Source of the DNA: Candidatus Competibacteraceae bacterium
GTDB taxonomy: Bacteria > Pseudomonadota > Gammaproteobacteria > Competibacterales > Competibacteraceae
Assembly: GCA_039807445.1 (NCBI GenBank)
Contig: JBDHRG010000001.1
Location: 3,367 to 67,366 of the forward strand
Length of the DNA stretch: 64,000 nucleotides
Direction: 5' to 3'
The position numbers and the translations under genes were made by a program. Numbering within the stretch: the stretch's first letter is position 1; every line of letters begins with the position of its first letter. Shown in pieces: positions 32,444-40,988 of the stretch. The notes under the pieces are model-generated. The model saw only the letters and a program-made list of their open reading frames with translations. It did no database searches and had not been told where the DNA came from.

Positions 32444-33874
32444 GTGAACCACGGCGAACACCTGAATCTCTACCGGCGCATCGCCGAAGACCTGGCCGGC
32501 GCGATCGGTAGCGGCGCCTACGCCCCCGGCGACCGCGTGCCCTCGGTGCGGCGGCTGAGCCGACAGATGGGGGTCAGCATCTCGACGGTGACGCAAGCCT
32601 ACGGCCTCTTGGTCGACCGTGGCATGGTCGAGGCGCGACCGCAGTCGGGCTACTACGTCTGCACGCGGCTGCGCGCCGCGGCACCTGAACCGAGCATGTC
32701 GCGGCCGATGGTCAAGCCGACGCCGGTGTCGACCAGCGAGCTGACGCTCGAGCTGCTCGCGGGCAGCCCCGATGCGGACTTCATCCAGCTCGCCACCGCG
32801 GTCCCCGCCCCCGACCTGCTGCCGACCGCTGCGCTCAACCGCTGCCTGGCGGCGGTGCTGCGCGAACACCCCGAGCTGTCGGCGCACTACGATGCGCCCT
32901 TCGGCCGTGCCGAGCTGCGCACCCAGGTTGCGCGGCTGCTGCACGCCGGCGGCGCGCGGCTGCGCCCCGAAGAGCTGGTGGTGACCTCCGGCTGCCAGGA
33001 GGCGCTGACGCTGTGCCTGCGCGCCGTCGCGCAGGCCGGCGACACGATCGCGGTCGAATCGCCGACCTACTACGGCATGCTGCAGGCGATCGAGTCGCTC
33101 GGCATGCACGCGCTCGAGATCCCGACGCACCCGCGCGAGGGCCTGTGTCTCGACCACCTCGAGCAGGCGCTGGCACAATGGCCGATCAAGGCTTGCCTGC
33201 TGGTGCCGACGCACAGCAACCCGCTCGGCTCGTGCATGTCCGACGCCAACAAGCGCCGCCTGGTCGAGCTGCTGGCGAGCCGCGAAATCCCGCTGATCGA
33301 GGACGACGTCTACGGCGACCTCGGTTTCACCGCGCCGCGCCCGACGCCGTGCAAGGCGTACGACCGCGACGGGCTGGTGCTGACGTGCTCGTCGTTCTCG
33401 AAGACGCTGGGGCCGGGCTTCCGCACCGGCTGGGCTGCACCCGGACGCTATCTCGAGCGCGTCAAGCTGCTGAAGCAGCTATCCAGCTTCGCCTCGGCGC
33501 CGTGGCCGCAGCTCGCGATCGCGCGCTTCCTCGCCCGCGGCGGCTACGAGCGCCACCTGAACGGCGCGCGACGCAGCTACGCGCGTCGTATCGAGCAACT
33601 GTCGCGGGCGATCGCGCGCCACTTTCCCGAAGACACACGCGCGACGCAACCGACCGGCGGCACCGTGGTCTGGATCGAGCTGCCCGGAAAAGCCGATACC
33701 GTGGAGCTATACCGCCGCGCGCGCGCGCACGGCATCGGCATCGCTCCGGGGGTGCTGTTCACGGCACAGCGGCGCTACCGCAATGCTTTGCGGCTGAACG
33801 GTGCAGCCGAGTGGGATGACAGGCTCGAGGACGCACTGGCCACGCTGGGCCGGCTGGCGAAGGGGATCGTGTGA
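32444..33874 (+). CDS. MocR/PdxR-type regulator (GntR wHTH fused to a PLP aminotransferase-like domain)
   Basis: 476 aa. N-terminal LPSVRRLSRQMGVSISTVTQAYGLL (GntR HTH); C-terminal fold-type I domain with SFSKTL (PLP lysine). GTG start with GAGAGG upstream. Confidence 0.88.
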   Translation: MNHGEHLNLYRRIAEDLAGAIGSGAYAPGDRVPSVRRLSRQMGVSISTVTQAYGLLVDRGMVEARPQSGYYVCTRLRAAAPEPSMSRPMVKPTPVSTSELTLELLAGSPDADFIQLATAVPAPDLLPTAALNRCLAAVLREHPELSAHYDAPFGRAELRTQVARLLHAGGARLRPEELVVTSGCQEALTLCLRAVAQAGDTIAVESPTYYGMLQAIESLGMHALEIPTHPREGLCLDHLEQALAQWPIKACLLVPTHSNPLGSCMSDANKRRLVELLASREIPLIEDDVYGDLGFTAPRPTPCKAYDRDGLVLTCSSFSKTLGPGFRTGWAAPGRYLERVKLLKQLSSFASAPWPQLAIARFLARGGYERHLNGARRSYARRIEQLSRAIARHFPEDTRATQPTGGTVVWIELPGKADTVELYRRARAHGIGIAPGVLFTAQRRYRNALRLNGAAEWDDRLEDALATLGRLAKGIV

Positions 33875-33908
33875 AACCCATAAGTTACGGGGCGCGTGGA
33901 ACGCGGCT

Positions 33909-34112
33909 CTACGCCGGCACCGCGAACGCGAGCGCCGTCTCGAAGCGCTCGAGCCGGGCTTCGTCGAGCAGCTCGCGCACGTCGGGACCACACTTGCCGC
34001 AACCGTTGCAGACGTCGAGCTCGCGGCGCAGCGCGCGCATCGTCGTCGCGCCTTCGTCGATCGCGGCGCGGATCTGGCGGTCGGTCACTCCCTTGCAGAT
34101 GCAGACGTACAT
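33909..34112 (-). CDS. bfd: bacterioferritin-associated ferredoxin
   Basis: 67 aa. MYVCICKGVTDRQI...CNGCGKCG is the four-Cys [2Fe-2S] Bfd pattern. Confidence 0.88.
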   Translation of the reverse strand: MYVCICKGVTDRQIRAAIDEGATTMRALRRELDVCNGCGKCGPDVRELLDEARLERFETALAFAVPA

Positions 34113-34143
34113 GGCGGCCTCTCAGCCCGAACAATCGCCGGCT

Positions 34144-34172
34144 ATGATTTACCGAATGAGAATGATTGTCAA
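34144..34172 (-). promoter_or_regulatory. putative bfd promoter with an embedded Fur box
   Basis: Minus strand reads TTGACA (rc of 34167-34172), 17 nt, AATCAT (rc of 34144-34149). AATGAGAATGATTGTC (34155-34170) matches 13/16 of the Fur-box core AATGATAATCATTATC. Confidence 0.45.
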
Positions 34173-34232
34173 CGGTTTGCGGCAAGGCATCGCATCCGCC
34201 TCCCCAGCCGCTGATGCACCACCGGAAAGACG

Positions 34233-34256
34233 GCGGGCGGCCCGCAGGCCGCCCGC
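34233..34256 (-). terminator. 10-bp GC hairpin between bfr and bfd (terminator/attenuator)
   Basis: gcgggcggcc (34233-34242) / ggccgcccgc (34247-34256), 4-nt loop. Only a weak U-tract (GTCTTTCC) follows on the minus strand. Confidence 0.45.
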
Positions 34257-34283
34257 AAGGTGTTTCCGAACGGGCGTCCGGGC

Positions 34284-34760
34284 TCAGCTCGGGCTGCCCA
34301 TCGCCGACTGCAGGTAGTTCTGCAAGCCGACCTTGTCGACCAGCTCGAGCTGGGTTTCCAGCCAGTCGATGTGGTCTTCCTCGCCCTCGAGGATGTTCTC
34401 GAACAGTTCGCGGCTGACGTAGTCGGAAACCGATTCGCAGTAGGCGATCGCTTCGAGCAGCAGCAGCCGTGCCTCCGTCTCCAGTTCGAGATCGGCCTTC
34501 AGCATCTCGGGCACGTCTTCGCCGATGCGCAGCTTGCCGAGGTCCTGCAGGTTCGGCAGCCCCTCGAGAAACAGGATGCGCTCGATGAGCTTGTCGGCGT
34601 GCTTCATCTCGTCGATCGACTCGTGGTACTCGTGCTCGCCGAGCTTCCCGAGCCCCCAATTGTCGTACATGCGCGCGTGCAGAAAATACTGGTTGATCGC
34701 CGTCAACTCGTTCTTCAACACCTTGTTCAGGTACTCGATGACCTTCGCATCGCTTTTCAT
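34284..34760 (-). CDS. bfr: bacterioferritin
   Basis: 158 aa. [53 protein letters not shown], with ferroxidase ligands and the heme Met. Confidence 0.95.
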   Translation of the reverse strand: MKSDAKVIEYLNKVLKNELTAINQYFLHARMYDNWGLGKLGEHEYHESIDEMKHADKLIERILFLEGLPNLQDLGKLRIGEDVPEMLKADLELETEARLLLLEAIAYCESVSDYVSRELFENILEGEEDHIDWLETQLELVDKVGLQNYLQSAMGSPS

Positions 34761-35070
34761 ACGTCTCGACCTCTCTCTATTTGGCGCTCTTGTTATCGAT
34801 AGATGTCGGCGCGGGGAACCTCATCGGCGTGGCAGCTACCGATGCGAACGCACATCGTTCACAAAACGAAAAGAAAAACAAATAACTTTCACAATGTGAA
34901 CCTGCGCCTTCAGAATATAGCTGCGCGCCCGGGCGAGCAGCGAACCGGGAAAGAGGCTTCGGGGACAGGCGACGGCCGGCGTTCGCTCGGGCAGCGAACG
35001 CGACCGCAGCGGAGTCGACTGGCTCCACGAGCCCGCGCCGCGCCGACAGCACGCGCGCGGGCCGGCGCAG

Positions 35071-35238
35071 TCACTTGGTCAAAATCAGCTTACCCTTGCT
35101 GGTGTGGCGCAGCTGGTAGAGCTCGCCGGCGTGCTCGATCAGCAGCGTGCGGCTGCCGGCGAGCAGCTGGCTGCTGGAAATGCGCCGCTGCCCGATCGGG
35201 GCGGCGCGCGGGCGTTCCTGGCTTGCGGTCGTGTTCAT
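35071..35238 (-). CDS. hemP: hemin-uptake protein HemP family
   Basis: 55 aa from ATG at 35238, with AGGAGG 6 nt upstream. C-terminus IEHAGELYQLRHTSKGKLILTK is the HemP signature. The longer track ORF would run through its own Fur box and promoter. Confidence 0.8.
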   Translation of the reverse strand: MNTTASQERPRAAPIGQRRISSSQLLAGSRTLLIEHAGELYQLRHTSKGKLILTK

Positions 35239-35313
35239 CGATGCCTCCTGATCCATAGCGGTTGCCAGGCTCCGGGCCGCATCCTGGATCACGGCGGCGG
35301 CGGCATGGCTGGA

Positions 35314-35346
35314 ATAGATGATAATCATTATCAATAACACTGTAAA
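35314..35346 (-). promoter_or_regulatory. Fur box overlapping a sigma70-type promoter of hemP
   Basis: atagatgataatcattatc (35314-35332) matches 15/19 of GATAATGATAATCATTATC. Minus strand reads TTTACA (rc of 35341-35346), 17 nt, TATCAT (rc of 35318-35323). Confidence 0.65.
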
Positions 35347-35368
35347 TCACGACCGCCCCGCTTTGCCT

Positions 35369-36130
35369 TTACTCCCCCGCCGCTGACTTCAGCAGCTCGA
35401 GCGTCCCGGCGCGGCGCAGCCACGGATCGGCCAGCAGCGCCAGTTGCGTGCGATTGCCGACCCGCGTGATCTGCAGGATCTGCGACACGTACAGCTTGAC
35501 GGTATTCTCCGACAGCCCCAGGTCGCAGGCGATCTGGTAATTGGTCTTGCCACGGCGGATGTGCACCAGCACTTCCCACATGCGCGGCGTCAGCGCCGGC
35601 AGCGCAGCGTCGCCGGCGGCGGCCGGCGCATCGTCGCTCCGCGCATCGATGCGCTCGCGCAGGCCATCGAACGCAGAGCTCAGCTGCTCGAGCCGGTGCG
35701 TCACCGTGGCGAGCTGCGCCTCGACCCTGCCGGCGAAGGCGTGGCGCTCGGCCGCCTCCAGCGCGCGCGCCAGTGCCCGGCGCACCGCCGCCTCGAGCGC
35801 ATCGGGCACCAGCGGCTTGCCATGGAAGTCGCCGACGCCGCTGCGCATCGCCTCGACCACGTCGCCGCGTTCGGCGTGGGCACTGACCAGGATCGCCTCG
35901 AAGGCACGCCGATGCCCGTGGCGCTGGCGCAAGCGCGCGACCAGGGCGTTGCCGTCGGCGCCGGGCAGGCGCAGATCGGCGATTACGACGCCGATGTCCG
36001 GCTCGCGTTCGAACAGCGCCAGCGCCTCCTCGGCGCTGGCTGCGCCGAAGCAGCGGTAGCCCTGCTCGGCGAAAAACTCGAGCAGTTCGTCGAGCGTGTC
36101 GACCTCGTCGTCGACGATCATCAACGCCAT
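35369..36130 (-). CDS. response regulator: REC domain, helical linker, LuxR/FixJ-type HTH
   Basis: From ATG at 36130: IVDDE, phospho-acceptor context VVIADLRLPG, conserved Lys in FHGKPL. C-terminal LTPRMWEVL..GKTNYQIACDLGLSENTVKLYVSQI is the LuxR HTH. Confidence 0.85.
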   Translation of the reverse strand: MALMIVDDEVDTLDELLEFFAEQGYRCFGAASAEEALALFEREPDIGVVIADLRLPGADGNALVARLRQRHGHRRAFEAILVSAHAERGDVVEAMRSGVGDFHGKPLVPDALEAAVRRALARALEAAERHAFAGRVEAQLATVTHRLEQLSSAFDGLRERIDARSDDAPAAAGDAALPALTPRMWEVLVHIRRGKTNYQIACDLGLSENTVKLYVSQILQITRVGNRTQLALLADPWLRRAGTLELLKSAAGE

Positions 36131-36400
36131 CGTCCCGTCCATCCACATCCGCTCCGCACGCCTGTCCCGATCCGACTAGTAGGAATTGACGATACCGGAA
36201 TACGCGCGCGCACCCTAGACTGCGGCTCATGTCCACGCCCGCCTGCACGGCGAAGCGGACACGCCTGCAGCAGTCCCCTCCTGCCGCGCCAGGAAAGCGC
36301 CGCGGAGAGCGAAAACGAGAAGGTGAACTGCCCGCTTTGCGCATATGCTGTGCGCCGGAGGCCGCTCGCGACCTCCGTTTTCCCGTTCACGCGGCGAACC

Positions 36401-38467
36401 ATGACCTTCTCCGATGACAGCGCGAGATGTCCGGCGGCGAGCCGCCTGCGCCGCATCTCCGATCGCGGCATCCTCGCCCTGTACCTGGCCGGCAGCCTGC
36501 TGGTGCTGCTGAGCGCAGCGTTGGTCTCGGCGGCGGCGCTGCACGAAGAGCACGCCAACCGCCTGGAGTCGGCCGAGCGCGACACCGCCAACCTCGCGCG
36601 CGCCTTCGAAGAGCACATCCACCGGACCTTCCGCGCGCTCGACCAGCAGAGCCGCCTGATCGCCGACGACTATCTGGCCGACCCCGAGCCGCAGCGGCTC
36701 GGCGCACGCCTGCACCGGCTGCTCGCGCTCGAGGACGCCGCCGTGCAGCATGCGATCATCGATGCCGACGGCCGACTGCACGCGAGCAGCGCCGAGCGGC
36801 GCGGAATCGACCTGTCCGACCGCGAGCACTTCCGCCACCATTTGCGTCCGGGCGCCCTGGCGACCTTCGTCAGCCGGCCCCTGGTCGGACGCGCGAGCGG
36901 CAAGTGGTCGATCCAGTACACGCGCCGGATCGAGGATGCCGCGGGCGGGTTCCGCGGCGTCGCAGTGGCGTCGTTCGACCCCGAGTATCTGACGCGCTTC
37001 TACCGCTCGGTCGACCTCGGCCCGCGGGGCGTGATCGCGCTGCTCGGCGAAGACGGCATCGTGCGCGCGCGCTCGGTCGACATGGAGCGTCACATCGGCC
37101 GCGACCTCGGCCACTCGACGCTGCTCGTGCACGCTGCGCGCGCCCCGGTCGACACCTACCGCAGCCCGAGCGCGCTCGATGGCGTCGAGCGCATCGTCAG
37201 CTACCGCAAGGTGCGCGACTTCCCGCTGCTGGTCGCGGTCGCCTACGCTGTCGACGACGTGATGCGCGGCTTCGACCGCTACGTGGCGCTGCACGCCGGC
37301 GTGCTGGCCTTCCTGCTGCTGGTCGTGATCACGCTCGGTGGGTTGCTGCGCGCCTATGTCGGCGATCGCACCGAGGCTGAGCGCGGCGTTGCCGAAGCGC
37401 TGTCGGAGCGTCGCGAGCGGCAATTCCTGGCCTCGATCCTCGAAACCGCCGGCGTACTCGTGGTCGTGACCGGGAGCGGCGGGCGCATCGAGGTCGCCAA
37501 TCCGCGCTTCGCCGCGCTGTTCGCGGCCGACGGCGGCGGTGTCGACTGGTGCCCGCAGGCCACCGGATTCAGCCTCGAGGCCATCGTCGCTCGCCTGCCC
37601 TTCAGCTGCGAAGCGCAGGCGAGCGACCGCGAGGGCCGGCGCCGCAGCCTCGAATGGACCTTCACCGCGGTGCGCGACGAAGACGGCAGGCTGCGCCACT
37701 TGATCGGCATCGGCCTCGACAATACCGAGCGCCGCGAAACCGAGCTGATGCTGTACCAGTCGGCCAAGCTCGTGACCCTCGGCGAGATGGCCACCGGCCT
37801 GGCGCACGAGCTGAACCAGCCGCTCAACGCGATCCGGCTGACGATCGAGAACGTCGCGCGCCGCGCGCTCCAGGGCCCGGCCGAGCCGGGCTACCTGACC
37901 GCCAAGTTCGACAAGATCCGGCGCAACGTCGAGCGCGCCGCCGGCATCGTCGACCACATGCGCATCTACGGCCGACGCAGCGAGCGCAGCGCGGTCGCGG
38001 TCGACCCCGAGGCGGCGATCGCCGGCGCGCTGTCGATCACCGCCGCGTCGCTGCGCGAGCACGGCATCGCATGCCGCCGCGGGCCCGGCTGTGGCGGTCA
38101 CGCCGCGCTCGCCGAGCTCGGCCTGCTCGAGCAAGTGCTGATCAACCTGGTCTTGAACGCGCGCGACGCCATCCTGACGCGGTGCGCGCAGGGCGGCGGC
38201 GGCGAGGATTGGATCGAGATCGGCTGCACCCCGCTCGCCGACGGACGGCTGCGGATCGCCGTCTCCGACACCGGTGGCGGCGTGCCCGCGGCGCTGCGCG
38301 ACAGAATCTTCGAGCCGTTCTTCACCACCAAACCGGTCGGCCAGGGCATGGGGCTCGGGTTGTCGCTGTCGCACGGCATCGTCCGCGACTTCGGCGGCGA
38401 GCTGCGCCTGCGCGAAGGCGCACGCGGCGCGGTGTTCGAGCTCGACCTGCCGATGGCGCCGGCATAG
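36401..38467 (+). CDS. sensor histidine kinase: two TM segments flanking a ~250-aa periplasmic (Cache-like?) domain, PAS, HisKA, HATPase
   Basis: From ATG at 36401 (688 aa): H-box GLAHELNQPLNAI, N-box LINLVLNARDA, G-boxes DTGGGV and GMGLGLS. The Cache assignment is inferred from size and topology only. Confidence 0.85.
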   Translation: MTFSDDSARCPAASRLRRISDRGILALYLAGSLLVLLSAALVSAAALHEEHANRLESAERDTANLARAFEEHIHRTFRALDQQSRLIADDYLADPEPQRLGARLHRLLALEDAAVQHAIIDADGRLHASSAERRGIDLSDREHFRHHLRPGALATFVSRPLVGRASGKWSIQYTRRIEDAAGGFRGVAVASFDPEYLTRFYRSVDLGPRGVIALLGEDGIVRARSVDMERHIGRDLGHSTLLVHAARAPVDTYRSPSALDGVERIVSYRKVRDFPLLVAVAYAVDDVMRGFDRYVALHAGVLAFLLLVVITLGGLLRAYVGDRTEAERGVAEALSERRERQFLASILETAGVLVVVTGSGGRIEVANPRFAALFAADGGGVDWCPQATGFSLEAIVARLPFSCEAQASDREGRRRSLEWTFTAVRDEDGRLRHLIGIGLDNTERRETELMLYQSAKLVTLGEMATGLAHELNQPLNAIRLTIENVARRALQGPAEPGYLTAKFDKIRRNVERAAGIVDHMRIYGRRSERSAVAVDPEAAIAGALSITAASLREHGIACRRGPGCGGHAALAELGLLEQVLINLVLNARDAILTRCAQGGGGEDWIEIGCTPLADGRLRIAVSDTGGGVPAALRDRIFEPFFTTKPVGQGMGLGLSLSHGIVRDFGGELRLREGARGAVFELDLPMAPA

Positions 38468-38471
38468 AGCC

Positions 38472-39623
38472 TCACAGCCCGCGCAGGATCTCTGCGGCGC
38501 GCTCGAGCGTGGCGTCGTCCTTGGCGAAGCAAAAGCGGAGCAGGCGCGTGTCGGGCGGAGTTTCGCTGAACACGCTGACCGGGATCGCGGCGATGCCAGC
38601 TTCGACCGTCAGCCGGCGGGCCAGGGCTACGTCGCGCTCGGCGGCGATCGCCGAATAGTCGAGCAGTTGGAAATACGTGCCGGCCGCAGGCTGGAAGCGC
38701 CAGCGCGAGCCTTCGAGCAGGCGGCAGAAGCGGTCGCGCTTGGCCTGGTAGAAGCCGGACAGCTCGCGCCAGTGTCCGGGGTGCTGCTCGAGGAAGTCGG
38801 CCAGTGCCCACTGCATCGGCGTCACCGTCGAAAAAGTGACGTACTGGTGCACCTTGCGCAACTCGGCCGACAGCGCCGCCGGCGCGACGCAGTAGCCGAT
38901 CTTCCAGCCGGTGGCGTGGAAGGTCTTGCCGAACGACGACACGACGAAGGCGCGTGCGGCGAGCTCGGGCAGGCGCAGCACCGAGGCGTGGCTGCGACCG
39001 TCGAAGACGATGTGCTCGTAAACTTCGTCCGAGATCACGAACACCCCGGTGCCGCGCAGCAGCCCGGCCAGCCGTTGCATGTCTTCGCTGCCCAGCACCG
39101 CACCCGAGGGGTTGTGCGGCGTGTTCAGGATCAGTGCCCGGGTGCGCGGGCCGATCGCCGCCGCCAATCGTTCCCAGTCGATCGCGAAGCCGGGCAGCGA
39201 CAGCGGCAGGTGCACCGCGCGACCGCCGGCGAGCTCGATCGCCGGCTCGTACGAGTCGTAGCACGGATCGAACACGATCACTTCGTCGCCTGGGCGCACC
39301 AGCGCGGTGATCGCACAGGTCAGCGCCTCGGTCGCGCCCGAAGTCACGGTGATCTCGTTGTCGGGATCGACCTGCGCGCCGTAGCAGGCGCGAACCTTGG
39401 CCGCGATCGCCTCGCGCAGCCGCGGCACGCCGGCCATCGGTGCGTACTGGTTGTGGCCGGCGCGCAAATGGCGTTCGACGGCTTCGATCAGCGCCTCGGG
39501 CACGGCGAAGTCGGGGAAGCCCTGCGACAGGTTCAGCGCGCCGTGCTCGGCGGCGAGCGCGCTCATCACGGTGAAGATGGTGGTGCCCACCTTGGGCAGC
39601 TTGGTCTCGAGCGTCGGGGTCAT
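38472..39623 (-). CDS. PLP-dependent aminotransferase (YbdL/methionine aminotransferase-like)
   Basis: 383 aa. LSQGFPDF, NQYAPMAGV, LNTPHNPSG, SFGKTFHATGWKIGY (PLP lysine). Confidence 0.88.
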   Translation of the reverse strand: MTPTLETKLPKVGTTIFTVMSALAAEHGALNLSQGFPDFAVPEALIEAVERHLRAGHNQYAPMAGVPRLREAIAAKVRACYGAQVDPDNEITVTSGATEALTCAITALVRPGDEVIVFDPCYDSYEPAIELAGGRAVHLPLSLPGFAIDWERLAAAIGPRTRALILNTPHNPSGAVLGSEDMQRLAGLLRGTGVFVISDEVYEHIVFDGRSHASVLRLPELAARAFVVSSFGKTFHATGWKIGYCVAPAALSAELRKVHQYVTFSTVTPMQWALADFLEQHPGHWRELSGFYQAKRDRFCRLLEGSRWRFQPAAGTYFQLLDYSAIAAERDVALARRLTVEAGIAAIPVSVFSETPPDTRLLRFCFAKDDATLERAAEILRGL

Positions 39624-39654
39624 GCGTGGTGTCCGTGACGAAAAGCGGAGCGCG

Positions 39655-40542
39655 TCAGTCTAGCGCAAGCCGCAGCCGCACCGCCGCGAGCAGCCGCGCG
39701 CCGAACACGTTGACGACCAGCCCCGCCATCACCAGCGCCGCCGCTGCGAGCTTCATCGGCGTGAACGCTTCGTCGAGCAGCAGGCTCGACGCCGCCATGC
39801 CCGCGACCGGCACCAGCAGCGAAAACGGTGCGACCAGCGTCACCGGATGGCGCTGCATCAGCCCGCCCCACAGCGCATAGCCGACCAGCGTCGAAGCGAA
39901 GGCGATGTAGCCGAGTGCCAGCCAGCCCGGGAGCGGCGCCGAGCCGATCGCGGCCCAGGCGCCGACCCCCTCCAGCACCAGCGACAGCCCGGCCAGCGGC
40001 AACGGCGGCACCAGACTCATCCAGACAACGAAGGCCAGCATGTCGACCGATCCGACGCGCTTGAGCGCCAGGTTGCCGCCGGCCCAGCCGAGCGCGGCGA
40101 ACACCACCAGCGCGAGCCCGACCGGCGTGGCGTCGGTGCCGCCCTGCACCGCGATCAGCGTCACGCCGACGAAGGCGACCGCCATGCCGAGCCACTGGTG
40201 GCCGTGCGGGCGCGCGCCGTGCAGCCCCCAGGCGAGCAGCGCGGTGAAGAAGGCTTGCAGCTGCAGCACCAGCGACGCCAGCCCCGGCGAGACGCCGAGC
40301 TGCATGCCGACAAACAGGCAGGCGAACTGCGCCACGCCGAGCAGCAGCCCGCACGCGATCAGCGGCTTCCAGTCGCACGCTGGCCGCGGCAGCAGCAGCA
40401 CCGCCGGAAAAGCCGCGGCGACGAAGCGCAGCGCCGAGAACGCGAGCGGCGCAAAGGCGTCGAGCCCGACGCGGATCGCGACGAAATTGGTGCCCCAGAT
40501 CAGGGCGACGCACAGCGCCAGGATGACGTCACGCACCGGCAT
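39655..40542 (-). CDS. EamA/DMT-family transporter
   Basis: 295 aa, 10 predicted TM segments. N-terminus ALCVALIWGTNFVAI and two EamA-type repeats. Confidence 0.85.
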   Translation of the reverse strand: MPVRDVILALCVALIWGTNFVAIRVGLDAFAPLAFSALRFVAAAFPAVLLLPRPACDWKPLIACGLLLGVAQFACLFVGMQLGVSPGLASLVLQLQAFFTALLAWGLHGARPHGHQWLGMAVAFVGVTLIAVQGGTDATPVGLALVVFAALGWAGGNLALKRVGSVDMLAFVVWMSLVPPLPLAGLSLVLEGVGAWAAIGSAPLPGWLALGYIAFASTLVGYALWGGLMQRHPVTLVAPFSLLVPVAGMAASSLLLDEAFTPMKLAAAALVMAGLVVNVFGARLLAAVRLRLALD

Positions 40543-40920
40543 GGTGCGAGGCTCAGCCGACCCGGCGCCGTACCGGCGCCGCGAAGCCGGCGCACGCCAG
40601 CACCTCGCCAGCCGGTACCGAGCCCGCGCAGAGACACAAATTGTTCACTTTGCCCCCTCTGCCGGACATGCGCCCGGCCTATGCTGAGAGATGACGGTAG
40701 CGGCGATGCGCCGCACAGTACAGATCCAGATTTTTTTCCGGGAAACCAATACAGTCTTTGAACCGGTGGCGTGCGGCGTGGTCATCCGCGATGAGGGCCT
40801 CGACCGTATTTCACCGTAGCGAGCGCAGTCCCGACGGTGCGATCCGAGGTCCCCCGGACATGCGCCGTGATGCCTGTCGGCGGACCCGGATGGCGGGTGA
40901 ATCCGTGTGACCATGGTAAT

Positions 40921-40936
40921 TGGCCCGCGATTTGCT
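40921..40936 (+). promoter_or_regulatory. putative sigma54 (-24/-12) promoter upstream of prkA
   Basis: TGGCCCGcgatTTGCT versus consensus TGGCACG-N4-TTGCW: one mismatch (A to C), exact GG-N10-GC spacing, 52 nt before the prkA ATG. Confidence 0.55.
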
Positions 40937-40988
40937 AAGACCAAAGTCGAGGGGATTGCGAACGGTTCTGGTGCGAGAGGTCACGGTC

